A stretch of DNA of 64,000 nucleotides from assembly GCA_051294375.1 (NCBI GenBank), contig CM119266.1:14364755-14428754 (forward strand), in the 5' to 3' direction. The stretch comes from Paraspadella gotoi (Eukaryota > Animalia > Chaetognatha). How positions within the stretch are numbered: position 1 is the stretch's first letter; every line of letters starts with the position of its first letter. The notes below the pieces were generated by a model, which did no database searches, had not been told where the DNA came from, and worked only from the letters and a program-made list of their open reading frames with translations. Below are positions 1 to 13,142 of the stretch, one piece after another. The position numbers were made by a program, and so were the translations under genes.

Positions 1-936
1 TCTACATATAGACGAACCAAAAGATATATACCTAGTATCGACAGATACACAATCAAATTAACATTCTCCTCGTCAGCCCATTTACCTTTCTCCTCGTCAT
101 CATCCGCGTATGCCCTCTTCCAAACTCACCCGCTTTGTGCTCCCCCCACCGCTTCGTCTAATCCCCGCCTCCTCGCCAAGACCTCCTCCCCACTCACAAC
201 ACCCCGGTCCCCCTCAAATCCCCGCAACCCTTTTTCGATTCGCCAAAAACCGACGCCATCGTCCGAGGATTACGCGGGAAAATTGAAACTCGTTTACTCC
301 TCTTCCTTTTTTTTTCCTGCTCTGCCTCGACTCTCTTTGATCCCTATCCACTGGAGTTATATCTACCACGCCCACTTTTTATTTTTAGATACGTATTCTG
401 TCTTTTGTTTTATTACATTCTTTTGTATTTGTATTTTTTCATTGCTTTAGGTCGGATTTCTGGAACAGACCTTTTTACTTCTTAAATTCAAGATATATAA
501 TAATATGTATATAATTATATATAAATAATAATAATACTTAATCGTACTCGATTATACTTTTCACACTGAAGTATTCTTGTGATTCTAAACCGAATATTGA
601 TGTCTAATCTTCTCTGCTCTACTAACCTTTTCCATCTCTCCCCTCTTCTCCATCTTTCCTCTCTCTCTCTCTCTCTCTCTGTCTTCTCTTTCCCGGGTTT
701 CTGCCAACGGAATTTCCACCCAAAAAACATTTGTTCGAACTTTGACCTCCGCAACGAAAACGCGTGGTGATCGTACTATAGAGGGAGGGGGAAGAGGAAG
801 ATGAAGAGGAGGAGGAGGAGGGTGAGGAAGAAGAGGAAGAGGAATATGACGAGGAAGGGGAGGAGGAAGGGGAGGAAGAAGAGGAAAAGACCGTCCGAGT
901 CGAGTAGAGCATTGAAAAAGTCTTGCTATGGACAAC

Positions 937-968
<32 letters not shown>

Positions 969-1147
969 AGGAAAGAACTAAAAGATAGAAAAGAAAAGAA
1001 GAAAAAGAAAAAAAGAATAGAAAGAAAGATAAGAGAGTAAAAAGAGAAAGAAAAGAAGAAAGTTGAGAGGATAATAGGACAGAGAAAACAGAGGAGATAT
1101 GAGAGAAAGAAGAAGGAGAGAGGAAAGAATCCGAACAGAGAGAGGAG

Positions 1148-1195
<48 letters not shown>

Positions 1196-1881
1196 GAGAG
1201 AAGAGAAAGAATTGGCCGGCAAGCTTAATATGTTAAGCGGAAGGAGGAGAAAGGGAAAAATGATTCTCAAATTAGCCACAAAACAACCGGCGATTAATAA
1301 CGCGATTAATGATCAGAGCGGATAGTGGCGGGCGTGGGGGGGGTGCGTGAGAGGAAGGACCGAAGCGACGGCGCAAAAAAAAAATATTTTTGATTGATAT
1401 TAATGTCTCGCATTTCTCGTAGTGGCTTTTTGTATGAGCGAGAGAGAGAGAGAGGAGAGAGAGATGAGAGACGAGAGAGAGAGAGAGAGAGTGATGAGAG
1501 AGAGAGAGAAGAAGAGAGAGAGAGAGAGAGAGAGAAAAAAGAGAGAGAGAGAGAGAGAATATCTCTCGGTTTTCCGCCAATTAAGTGGTGGCCGTGATTT
1601 GAAGTTCGTTTCGTGACGCGGGTCGGAGGGGGGCGGCTTTTAATTTTTTGTTTCGGAACGTGATGGCGAGGTTGAGGCTAAAAAAGAGTTGGAAAGAGTA
1701 GTGGAATTGAGTTTGGGCACTTTTAGTTTAAAAATATGGAAAGAAGGAAACTGTCGCCGTCGAGCGCAAAAACAATCTTTACTAAATGCATAAATTATGT
1801 TAACTAAGGCCAATAACTAGTTATTGTTTAAAAAATGATTGCTAGCATCATTATGTGCTCCTCAATGTACATATTTTTTAC

Positions 1882-1951
1882 TATGAATTAGCTCATCGGT
1901 AGAGCACAGGACTCTAATCCTGGGGCGTGGGTTCGAGCCACCACATTGGCG
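1882..1951 (+). pseudogene. Degenerate tRNA-Lys(CTT)-like sequence (tRNA pseudogene, SINE head, or error-laden tRNA)
   Basis: TAGCTCATCGGTAGAGCA-CAGGA-CTCTAA-TCCTG-GGGCGTGGGTTCGAGCCACCAC-ATTGGCG aligns by eye to eukaryotic tRNA-Lys-CTT. A-box, B-box (GGTTCGAGCC) and a paired anticodon stem (CAGGA/TCCTG) are present. There are several 1-nt indels and the 5' acceptor strand pairs poorly. Confidence 0.7.
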
Positions 1952-2574
1952 CACTCTATTCTGGGATGGGGGTAATCTGGTCTAAACTAACGAAGCAAAA
2001 AAGAAGAGGAAAAAATGTGGGAAAACGTGTATGTACTACTAAAAGGCAAGAATAAAAAAGGTGTACAAAAACGGGAGGGAAAATCGAAGGGCGCAGAAGC
2101 GAGAAAGTAATAAGAGAAGGAAACGCAGAAGAAAGAAGAATACCAGAAGTGAAAAACTGGGTGAGCTCACCCTGGTGCTAGGAGGAGAAGAGGAGGTGAA
2201 TGCGTGGATGACGAACACGAGACTCGCGCTCGGCTGGTTTTGGTCGTTGCTACGAATTGTGAACGAATTGTTGACGAATTAGGGTCTTGCTAAATATTGC
2301 CAAAATTAAAATCGCTGCCTTCTTTCTCTCTCTCTCTATTGCTTGGCGTAAAACTGAGATGGAGGTGTTCGCAACTGCCGCTCCTCCAAGTGCGACTCTG
2401 CCCCTTCCGGCGGCAGGCCTGCGGCGGCTGAAAGGGGGCGAAAATGTTTGCGTCAAAACAAATGTTATTTCGATAAGGTAATTTGAACTGTAAATTCCAG
2501 AGAAGATACGAGAGGTGGAAGAGAGAGGGTTGACAAAGGAGAGAGACGAGAGAGAGGAAGAGAGAGAGAGGAGA

Positions 2575-2606
<32 letters not shown>

Positions 2607-2722
2607 CAGCGAATTAATGAATATCTTCCCAAATTATCTCTTCCCATTACTAGTCATCCTTGCGTAAAATTAAAATGAGGAAATTTAAAAATACTGAGGT
2701 CTTAGAACCGGCCGACGGTCTC

Positions 2723-2779
<57 letters not shown>

Positions 2780-3241
2780 ATTTTTCTTAATCTCTCTTTC
2801 TCTCTCTCGTCCATTGTTTAAAGAAGAAAAAGCTAAGAAAGCTTTCACCTTCTCTCCCTTTTCTCTCTCTCTCTCTCGCTCACCCCTTTCTTCTTTTCTC
2901 TCGGCTCCCTAAATGTCAGAGCGGCAAGTTGTTTTTCATGGTTTTAAAGGTAGCAATACGAGAATCGCAGCTCCACCGTCCCGTATATTTATCTTTTTAA
3001 GGACAACAAAAATAAAGACACCTTTAAAGCCCATTTGAGGCGGAGACGAGGGAGGAGGGAGAGAGAAGAAGAGAAGGAGGAAGTGGAACGGGGACTAAAA
3101 CTGAACCACATTTTGGTCAATTAATTCCAGTAGGACGTCGTCTCAAAGTCATTTGACCCTGTCTAGATAAAGTGCACCTGGTGCCCGGTTTCTAATCCTT
3201 TGGCACTTGCGAAGTTCTCTTCTCTCTCTCTTCTCCTCTCT

Positions 3242-3273
<32 letters not shown>

Positions 3274-4599
3274 ATCTCATTTAGGTGGGGCGTCGGTTTA
3301 CGCAGTTCCTTTTAGTCTCCCGTAAAACTTCTTTCTAAAAGCGGGGTCGTCAGATGAAATAGAAACGAGTTAACGTCTAAACTTAAAAACGGCACGAAAT
3401 AACAAAAAAATCATTTTCGCTCCTGGCGTCTTTAACTCCCCGCCACGTTGCGGACCTTACCCTCCGAGAGTATTCCGAGACGGCGAGCAGACACAGCACC
3501 CAAGATCTACGCACGCACATGATACGCGCGAACGTGAAATCTCCAGTATAGAGATTGGGAAGATGTCAGAGAGAGGTATGCAGCATACGAAGAGCAGGCT
3601 GGAGAAGAGAGTTCCACGACAATGACAGACAACAAGCATGGGTATATCAGATAGATGGTCAAGGGAGAAAGGAGAGGAAGAAGAGCAGCAATAAGGCACC
3701 GACATTGAAAGAACTGAGTGAGGAGGAGCACGGCATGACAAATCAAAAACGATATACAGCGAGAGAGCATGGAGAGGATGCAGGAGGCGGAGGGTATGTG
3801 GAGGATTATGAGGAAAGATGGCAGTGTACGACACGGGAGAATGGAGAGAGAGGAGCACTCGAGAAGGAGTATTGAGTGCACGAAATGGACCTGAAGAGGT
3901 CAGACGAGAATGTAGATGACAGCCGAGGTAATAGATTGCCGGTGGATTTATGTGGCGGAATAAAATCACGGTTCACGTAGGGAATGCTGACGGCGTTACG
4001 GGAAGGAGCGGTTTATATCTGAACTGGAGCGGTAGTGGTGAAGTTCATTATGATTAAATAGGATTCTGCGTCGCCTGCGTGGATGACAAACTGTACAAAT
4101 GCTGAATGACTTAGGCCAAAGAGAGAGATGGGGTACAGGATCATCGGAAGGTTATAAATCTATTTCGTGCACAATCGTATATCACGCTCGGCGCCGAATC
4201 AATCTAGACACAGCATCCACCTTCTTTTTCCCCTTTCTTCTCTTCTTTTCTCGAGTAATTCTCGGCTTTGCACGAGAGTTGGGACCCAACCCTGCGGTCG
4301 GGCGAAGGTTTTAAAACTACTCACAAGAGTCACCTCTACTCTTCTCGTTTCTTCTCGGCACGCTAATGTCTCTCATCGGTCGATTCTCATACCCATGACG
4401 AATCTTTTTGCGTCACAGGTTTTCAGAAAATGCAGGGGAGTATACATACACTGACATCTGAAACCTCCCGTTTGTCCAGCTGATCTTTTCTTTGTCTCGC
4501 TCGTCTTTATCTTTCCGGGGTCTCTCTCTCTCTCATACTCTTCTCCCAACTTCGCCTCTTACTCTTTCTTCTTCTTATCTCTCATCCTCTTTCCCAGTC

Positions 4600-5147
4600 T
4601 CTCCTTCTATTTTCCCTTCCCTTTTCATTTCCTCCTTCTTTCTCCTCCCTCGCGCGTCACACAACCTGTGACGAAATGAGGTTTTTCCTTCCCGTTTTAT
4701 TACCCAATTTAACGTTTCTCCGCTTCTTCAAGTTTCTTTCTTCTGTTCTTCGTCTCTGCTTCTCCTTATCGTTAGTTATTCTTCTCATAAGTTCTTCCTT
4801 ACTTCTCTCTCGATTTTCTACGTTCTCCTCTTCATACTTCTAGTCGCTCTCTCTTGCCTTCTTTTTCTCGCTTTCTGGGACACTAGAATTTCTCGCGAGT
4901 TTTCCACTTTTTTGGTATCCATTTTCCAGGGAATTTACTTTGAGTGGGATGCTCTCTCTTACTCTTCGCTTCTCTCGCTCCTCCTCTTCCTCTCTCTTGC
5001 TTTCTTCCTCACTCTCGTTTCTACGACTCACCCATCCCTCTGTTAGTTCCCCGTTCTTCATTTCTCTTCAATTGCATATTATGCGGCCATTATTCTTTTT
5101 CATCTCATGAATGCGTAGCCAGTTAAGAGAGAGAGAGAGAGAGAAAA

Positions 5148-5193
<46 letters not shown>

Positions 5194-5310
5194 GAGAGAG
5201 AGTTAGAGAGGAGAGAGAGATGAACAATTTTTTCTATTTCAGTTGTTGGTCAGGACGGAGACATTGCCGTTTTCCCAGCGTACGCTTCATAATGCGTTAA
5301 GACGCCCCAA
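4600..5310 (+). repeat. Noisy direct copy of ~10340-10865
   Basis: Shared strings CTCCTCCCTCGCGCGTCAC..TGTGACGAAATGAGG and GATGAACAATTTTT..TTCAGTTGTT..GTCAGGACGGAGA..TTGCCG occur at both places with many indels. Confidence 0.75.
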
Positions 5311-5464
5311 CTCTCTTCTCTCTCTCTCTCCTCTCTGTCTTTCTCTCAATTCCCGACAAAAAAACTGCTCTTTCTACATGATAGAGCCTCATAAAAAGGT
5401 TTTGGAGGCTTTTTCTTTTCATGAATGAAATGAATGTAAGGGGAAAGTGAGGAGAGAAAGAGAG

Positions 5465-5566
<102 letters not shown>

Positions 5567-7677
5567 TGAGAGAGAGAGAAAATTCTATTCTTGGATTCGG
5601 CGGAATGCGAATCGAATTGTACAGAGAGTAAGTCGTAGGTTGAAAGGAAAAAAAAATTTAGTCTTTCACTTGACCTTTTTCTTTCCCACTTTTTTATTAA
5701 ATTTCTTTATTTCTTTTATTTCTTTATTTCTTCATTTCTTTATTTCTTTATTTCTTTTTTTTTCTTTCAATCATCAAGCGAAACAATAAATTTAAATTCT
5801 AAAAAAGTCGATAACTAGAAGCAGAAAAAAATATTATTGCCTCTTGGAACAAAAGGTTCATTGAGAATCTATGTTTGCGACTTTGCGTGGAGCGCGGAAG
5901 AAAAATCATACGTCGTCGTCGTCGTCGTTTCGTCGTCGTCGTCGTCGTCGTCGTCGTCCAGGTAGAGAGAAAAAAAATTCCTGGTGAGTCCGTCGACGCG
6001 CGCATATTGATTGGGAAAAAGTCAACCCGACGAAGCGAAGGTCGACGGAAATGGGTGAGTGGGAATCGAGGTAAGTTCGAAGGGAGAGAGGGGAGGCTGA
6101 GCGGGACGCGGGTGAGGCTGAGGTGAGTTCGGGTGGCCTCTTTCAAGGCAGGATCACCTGCGTGACGAAAGAGAAATTTCTTTTTCTTTTCTCTTGAGAT
6201 CTCAGGTTGTCCGAATTCCGGAGGTCCGTTTCGTCGATGAAACCAAAGGATTTCGACTTAATCTATAATACTAACTAAAACTAACAAGTTACTAAATAAA
6301 CGAACGAAATATCACACTATGCGACTACGAAAACGAAGGATTTAACAATAGTTAACATCTGTATGCTTATGAACGACTTTTTTTATTTTCCGCTTCGTTC
6401 CTGATGATGAATTAAATCCCCTACCTTAGAAAAAAAAACATTTTTGTATTTGATATTCCCTTTTTTTCGACGCTTACCCTTTGGGACGAAAAAGAAATAT
6501 AAGGAGAGAAAACAAAAAACAGAAAATAAGGAAGGGAGGAAAAAATAGAAAAGGAAGGGAGGAAAAAAGTAGTAATAAAAATGCGATTGAGAGGAAAAAA
6601 ACAACTTTCGACCCCAAAGCAAGTAGTAGAGGCTTGAGTTTGTTTGTTTTCATTTTATAGCTGACATGGTCTTCGTCGTCGTTGTCGTCTCGACGTCGTC
6701 TTATCGTCTTTGCTGTCGTCTTCATCGTCGTCTTTGCCAGTATTGGCTTGGATTTCGGAAAGGGTTTTTTCCAGACATGAAATTTCTTCTCCTTTTTTTT
6801 CCGTTTTATTTGTTTTGATTACAAATTCGATACGAAATAAGTGGTTTAAGTAATCGATTTCGTCCGACAGAGAGCAGACTGGAGGCCGAATTAAAAAAAA
6901 CAAAAGACCTACTACTTCTATAGAATAGGTTCGCAATTGTTTTTTTGGTCATTTTTATTTCGTCATTTGACTAGGACAGAGCCTCTTGATTCTTTAAATT
7001 ACAAACAAACAAAATTCTAAGAACAAAACGAAGTTATCAAAAAAAAAAGAAAATTTCATCCATTCAGTAAAACCAACGAATTGAATTGGCAGAACAGAAT
7101 TTTTTTCCCCCCTTCTCTCTCGTGGCGTGTAATTTTATTCGTTAAGGTTGAGGTAAAAAGAAAAAAATATGTCAAAAAAAACCCTTTTTTTTTTTTAATC
7201 TTTATCTTTTTTATTCTTTGGTTTCTCTCCTTTGTCTTTCTCCTTTTTTTCTCGATGCCCATTTGGCATCAACTTTTTTTCTCCTTTTTCTTTCCGCGCA
7301 CTGCTACAGTTTTTGCCAAAAATGTTTTTTGTCCGCTTCTATCTAACGACATGACTGGAGCGCCGCTGTTGCAGGAACCCAGTCGCAGTCACAGCAAGCA
7401 GCAGCCTCAACAGCAGCCGCGGAATCCGATCGATTTTTTTCTCTACAAATCGAAAGCGAAATTCGATGCAGAACAAATTTGAGGAGATTCGACGTCATTA
7501 ATCGCGTCGCGTGTCGATTTCGAAGAAACATCGGCGGAAGAATGTGGCGCCTAAATTTCTTTAATCTTCAAAGGTTATTGAAAATAAAACATAGATAGAT
7601 TAGATACATAACGATCTAAATAGACTACTTAAAGCACAAGCCTATTAAGAACGTCCTTTAAGCGCGCCTTTTGAGAG

Positions 7678-7717
7678 CCAATCGGCGCCTATGAGTGCCG
7701 GCGGGCGCCTTTAAAAG
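7678..7717 (+). promoter_or_regulatory. Candidate Pol II core promoter (CCAAT, GC-rich GGCGCC elements, TATA-like TTTAAAAG)
   Basis: GCCAATCGGCGCC...GGCGGGCGCCTTTAAAAGCC. The CCAAT box lies ~30 bp upstream of the TATA-like element in a GC-rich island, ~5 kb upstream of the first recognised Tbx20 exon. Motif evidence only. Confidence 0.3.
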
Positions 7718-8392
7718 CCGGCTCTCCTCACGCCCTCCTTCCACTGCCGGCTCCGCTCGCTTCTTTCTAAGCTCGATTCTGGGTTAATGCGTTTGAAGTG
7801 GACGAGAAAAGCGGGAGGCGACTCGGGCTCATCCGCTCTTCACCTGTATATCATCGTCGTCGTCATCCTCTATCTTTAACCCTACTTTTTATCTCTTTAA
7901 CATCTCAGTGTTCGAGATCTGATGATGACTCACTCCATCGACTCACGGACTCTCCATCATCACCAGAAACTCGGTTCAACCAAAGACTCTATATTTCACT
8001 CTCTCTCTATCTCTTGTCCGTTAGCCCTATATTTCAACTCACTATTTCACTCTCTCTCTATCTCTGTCGTTAGCCCCTTCTCAAATTTTTCGTGCCAGGA
8101 ACCGTTGCAAGACCCGCCCTCATTCGTTTCGCCCAAATTTGTAGATACACTCGAGGACGAACGTGGTGAGGAATTGTCTCTCTCATCGTCTTTTCATAGC
8201 TGTGGTGCGTCGGTGGTCGTCGTCGGTCGGTCGTCGCCGTCGTCGTCGGTCGTCGTCTTCGTCAGTTTTTTGTTACTGTACCGATTTTCTATTTCTAATT
8301 CATTTTCTTTTCTTTGGTGGACCCGATCGGCTTTTTCTCTCTCTTCTCTCTCTCTCTCCCTCTCTTCTCTCTCTTTTCTCTCTCTCTCTTTT

Positions 8393-8438
<46 letters not shown>

Positions 8439-8662
8439 ATCTCTCTCTCTCTCATAATTTTCGATTATAAATATAAGGTTTCAGTAATTTCTCTCATTTG
8501 CTTCGGCAAATGGAAGTTCTTTAGGGATTTTGTGTTTTTTGTGTTTCAACAACGAAAATAGTTTTTTTTCTGTTTTTAATTTTTTTCTGCTTTCTCTCTC
8601 TCTTCGGTAAATTAAGGGGAAAGAAGTTAATGGTTTTTTCTTAGAGAGAGGGTGAAGAGATT

Positions 8663-8721
<59 letters not shown>

Positions 8722-10036
8722 GAGAGAGAGAGAGAGATGAATTCTGAGACGGTAAAAAAAGATTGCTTTCTCCATTTCACTCAGAAAAAGAAACATCGTA
8801 GGGTGGATGTAATGATCAGGAAAAAAAAACAATAAAAAAAAAAATCAAGAACGAAATGACACGAAAAGAAACGAGATAAGAAACAAGAACAAAATAAAAA
8901 ACAAACAAAACAGAAAAAAAGGAAACCAAAAAAAATGGAACAAAAGTGACGATGAGAATTGAAATTTTTTTAAGGAAATTTGGAGGTCGAGGAGAAACGG
9001 GGAAATCAACTGGAGAAGTGAAGGAAAAGAGACTTAGTAAAGAGGACGAAAGACAAAATACTGTAAAAAAAATATATATTTTTTATAAAAAAAAAGCAGA
9101 AAAAATAACGGAAATTTTCGGTTTTTTTTACAGGAAACCAATTCTTTCCCCCCCCCCTCGTCTTTGTCTCTATCGAGCAATAAAGTCGAAATCTTTTTCT
9201 ATAGCCCGAGGGAAAACCCGAGAGAACCCAAGCTAAGCTCCGCTAGATCTTTTTACCTCCCTCTAGCCTCTCCGCCTCTTCCCCCTCCTTTTCCCCTACC
9301 CCCCTCTCACCCCCCCTCCCCCCCTCACACCCCCCCCGACAAACACCAGAAAACCTCGTGCTCAAAAAAAAAATTAAAAAACCTCAAGAGCTGAAAAAAA
9401 ATAATCTCCCTGAGCGTCAATGAGATTCTTTCTTTTTTCTTTTTTTTTTTTATTATTTAACTTTAAAAAAAAAAAGATTATTTTCTTGTTATTCGGCTAC
9501 ACTTTTTTTTTTTTTGCCTCACGAACAACAAAGGGGCAATTAGATCCAGGCGGCGAGTCTCTTTTGGCTGAGGACCTTAGAAGACAAAGACGAGTCCCGA
9601 TGCGCGTCTGCGGTTCGATCCGAGTCGATTCTTTTTATTTTTTGTGAAAATGCTTTTTGCTTTTGATAGAGACGTTGACGTTTTTTTTTTATTTGATAAA
9701 TTTAGACGAGTGTAGATTTTTTAGAAAAAGTGATGGTGGATAGTGATAAAGAAAGGTTTGCATCTCTGAACTCCCAAGTCCTCCTATTTTTTTTCTCTCC
9801 GCTTCTTCGTATTTCCTTTTCTCTCCTTCTCTCTTGTTTTTTCTTAATAAAACTTCATGATTCTCTAACAAAATCAAAATAACTGAAAAACTTGCCATCA
9901 GATGTACGATGATAAAGGTGAAGTTGACAAAATGATATGTAACTCGTTTTGACTTTGGTGGGGTCAACCGTTTGTGAGAAACTCCACCGCAAAGATGCCT
10001 GCTCACCTTTCTAGAGCAATTTGTGATTTTTTGCGA

Positions 10037-10090
<54 letters not shown>

Positions 10091-10299
10091 ATTTACTATT
10101 TTTTCTTCCATCTCTTCTGCGGTTATCGAGTTTAAACGAAGACGTGATCTTCTCGATCTTCGTGATATTTCACTTTTTTCGTGATTCTTTCTTCTTTTCT
10201 TCGGCGATCTATCGAGTCGAGGAAGTGAAAAATTAAGAGAGTGAGGGAAAGAGAGAGTAGGACTCTGGGAGAAGGCGTGTGAGAGACAGGGTGTGGTGC

Positions 10300-10324
10300 N
10301 NNNNNNNNNNNNNNNNNNNNNNNN
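10300..10324. other. 25-N assembly gap (one of five identical: 10300-10324, 17017-17041, 29217-29241, 36394-36418, 53174-53198)
   Basis: Counted directly. Larger gaps lie at 10612-10765, 11259-11412, 31541-31684, 34598-34812 and 53719-53924. Confidence 0.97.
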
Positions 10325-10765
10325 TCTACTTTTTCTCTCTTTATTTCCCCCGTTTTATTTCCTCCTTTTATTTCCTCCTTTCTCCTCCCTCGCGCGTCAC
10401 AAAACTGTGACGAAATGAGGTTTCCTTCCGTTTTAACAAAAGTTCGTAAGTTCGTTCGTTTGTTCGTTAGTTTAGTTCATTTGATAGCTCACTCAGTCGT
10501 TCGCTTTTCGTTCGCTCGTTCGTTTGCCTTTCCTTCTCTTTCTACTCCGTTTCTAACGACAACCCACCTTTGTTAGTCCCTTCTTCATTTTCTCTTCATG
10601 ATTTATGGCGGNNNNNNNNNNNNNNNNNNNNNNNNNNNNNNNNNNNNNNNNNNNNNNNNNNNNNNNNNNNNNNNNNNNNNNNNNNNNNNNNNNNNNNNNN
10701 NNNNNNNNNNNNNNNNNNNNNNNNNNNNNNNNNNNNNNNNNNNNNNNNNNNNNNNNNNNNNNNNN

Positions 10766-10800
<35 letters not shown>

Positions 10801-12010
10801 ACAATTTTTATTCAGTTGTTGTCAGGACGGAGATTGCCGTTCCAGCGACGATGAGACGCCCAACGGTTGCGCTTTCGAAACGTGCCTTGTTTGTTATATT
10901 TATAAACTATTCTATATAACAAAATTAACTATTTGGTAAATAAACAACCGACATAATAGAAAATTAAGTGCTATCTGCTCTCAAACTATAAAGGGTAACA
11001 ATATAATGATAAAAACGAAACATTTTATTAATTATTCTTAGCTTGTTCCAACTTTTATTATTATCATATTCTTTTAACTTTTAAATTTCTAAAGCCGTTT
11101 TCAGTAAAAAGATATAAAACAAAAAAAAACCAAAAAAATGAAGCTAAAAAACTTTTTTGACTCCGAAGTCGAGAATTCGAGTCGCGAGCGAAATTATGTT
11201 TTGGGGAGAAAATCGTCAGCGAATATTCTGTTTTATATCATCCATGAAAAACATTCTTNNNNNNNNNNNNNNNNNNNNNNNNNNNNNNNNNNNNNNNNNN
11301 NNNNNNNNNNNNNNNNNNNNNNNNNNNNNNNNNNNNNNNNNNNNNNNNNNNNNNNNNNNNNNNNNNNNNNNNNNNNNNNNNNNNNNNNNNNNNNNNNNNN
11401 NNNNNNNNNNNNGAGGCAATAACACACACACACAACGAGAACCGCATGTGGTGAAAACATTCACTGAACCTCATTACCACATTTCAGTGCGCGCCACCAT
11501 GCAGTGGCGCCGCCCTCCGTCGCCCGGGGAAACAATTTACGAGAGGCAAACAAAAGAAAGGCGCGAGATACCGGATTGCTCTTCTTTTTTTTTTGTCGGC
11601 GGGAGAAGCGAGGGGAAGATGGCGCTTTTATTTTCGCGGATAGGGAAGTTGTTACGAAGAATAGGCTCGGATCTTTCGGAAGGAAACTTGCCGATGATAA
11701 GGAAAGCTTGCCGGCTTGCGAGGCCATACGGTTTCGTCTTTTCGTTTATGGTATTTTGTAAATAATTAATATTATAAATAAAAATTTCTCTTGCAAGAAA
11801 TTGTTAATATGACGATTAATAAAAATATTGGGATAAAATGATAGATAAAAACTATAATCATGACGAGTTCGTCGTCTATAATTATTCCCTCGAAGCTCTC
11901 TCCGTATGAAAATAAAGAACTGGAGATAAAAAAAAAAGTTTTCTATTCGTTCACGAGAGATGAAAAGATGGGAGTGAAAAGCCGCCAGCCTTCCTCGCGA
12001 ATCGAGTTGG

Positions 12011-12126
<116 letters not shown>

Positions 12127-12618
12127 ATCATATAACGAATGAGGCTCTGGAACTTGATTACCATAATGATGTCATTAAAAGGAGGCTTGAAAAGGGAGGA
12201 AAAAACATTTCCGAGTAAACAGACAGGTCACGTGTCTCTCTGTGAAAACGAAGGGGTTGGGGGAGGAGGAGGAGGAGGAGGAGGATGAAAAGGAGGAGGA
12301 AGAGGAGGAGGAGAACGTGACTGCTCCTCGGTAAGGAAAAGATGAAGAAGCGAGCGAGTTTAATGAGAGAGAGGATGAGTAGAAAGAAAAAAGTAAAGGT
12401 GATGGTGAGACGTGAGATAAAAATCTGTGAAACAAAAAGATGGAGCGACGATCGATATTCGAGCTTAAATATTTTATTAATTATTATTAATTAATTAATT
12501 AATTTCTTAAATAATGTGCTTAAATAATTCACTTGTTTTTAAATCGCAATCCTTTTAACAATAACTTAAATATTTAATCATTTCTTTCTTTAAATAACAA
12601 TTATCCTTTTTTTTTCAG

Positions 12619-12720
12619 GCGCATGTTCCCGACATTGAGGGTATCGTTCTCTGGAATTGACTTTGACCAAAAATACATCGTCTTCATGGACATCGTTCCA
12701 GTCGACAACAAGCGATACAG
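12619..12720 (+). CDS. TBX20: Tbx20 T-box exon: (R)[33 protein letters not shown](R)
   Basis: Acceptor ttttttcAG and donor AG|GTACAG. The translation matches the T-box N-terminal part of the Tbx20/H15/midline subfamily. Confidence 0.95.
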
Positions 12721-12814
12721 GTACAGTTTATATAGTTAACATTACTAGTATAACCAAATAACCATCGATTTATGTCATTCCATCATCTTTAAACTTACCG
12801 AAACTCGTTTTCAG

Positions 12815-12986
12815 GTACGCCTACCACCGAAGCTCTTGGCTGGTGGCGGGTAAGGCCGACCCGCCGCTGCCGACCCGCCTCTACATGCACCCGGACTCAC
12901 CCTTCAGCGGGGAGCAGCTCAAGAAGCAAATGGTCTCTTTCGAAAAACTCAAACTCACCAACAACGAGATGGACAAACACGGACAC
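12815..12986 (+). CDS. TBX20: Tbx20 T-box exon: [57 protein letters not shown]
   Basis: Acceptor tttcAG and donor GTGAGT, phase-compatible with its neighbours. [17 protein letters not shown] is diagnostic of Tbx20. Confidence 0.96.
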
Positions 12987-13142
12987 GTGAGTTGGGGGAC
13001 TGTGAAAGTGATGAGTCGAAATTCCTCACTGTTTTTTGTGTTGGTTTTTTAACGGATTCCGTCTATTTTTCCCTTCCCAATCTTCCTCCATCCAAACTTC
13101 GTTCTCCCTCTCACCCTTGCCCATCTTCCCCCACTCCTTCAG

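Noticed and set aside
3457-4120. Overlapping ORFs of 106-170 aa in a purine-rich stretch
   Set aside because: No recognisable motif or splice structure. The stretch is adjacent to demonstrably noisy sequence and looks like low-quality read.
7351-7482. Short ORF MTGAPLLQEPSRSHSKQQPQQQPRNPIDFF.. as Tbx20 exon 1
   Set aside because: It ends in a stop without a convincing donor and shows no eh1 or other Tbx20 N-terminal similarity.
7989-8077. Two ~37-bp tandem-like copies (CTATTTCACTCTCTCTCTATCTCT..GTTAGCCC)
   Set aside because: Only two low-complexity units, consistent with local slippage. Not a CRISPR or other array.
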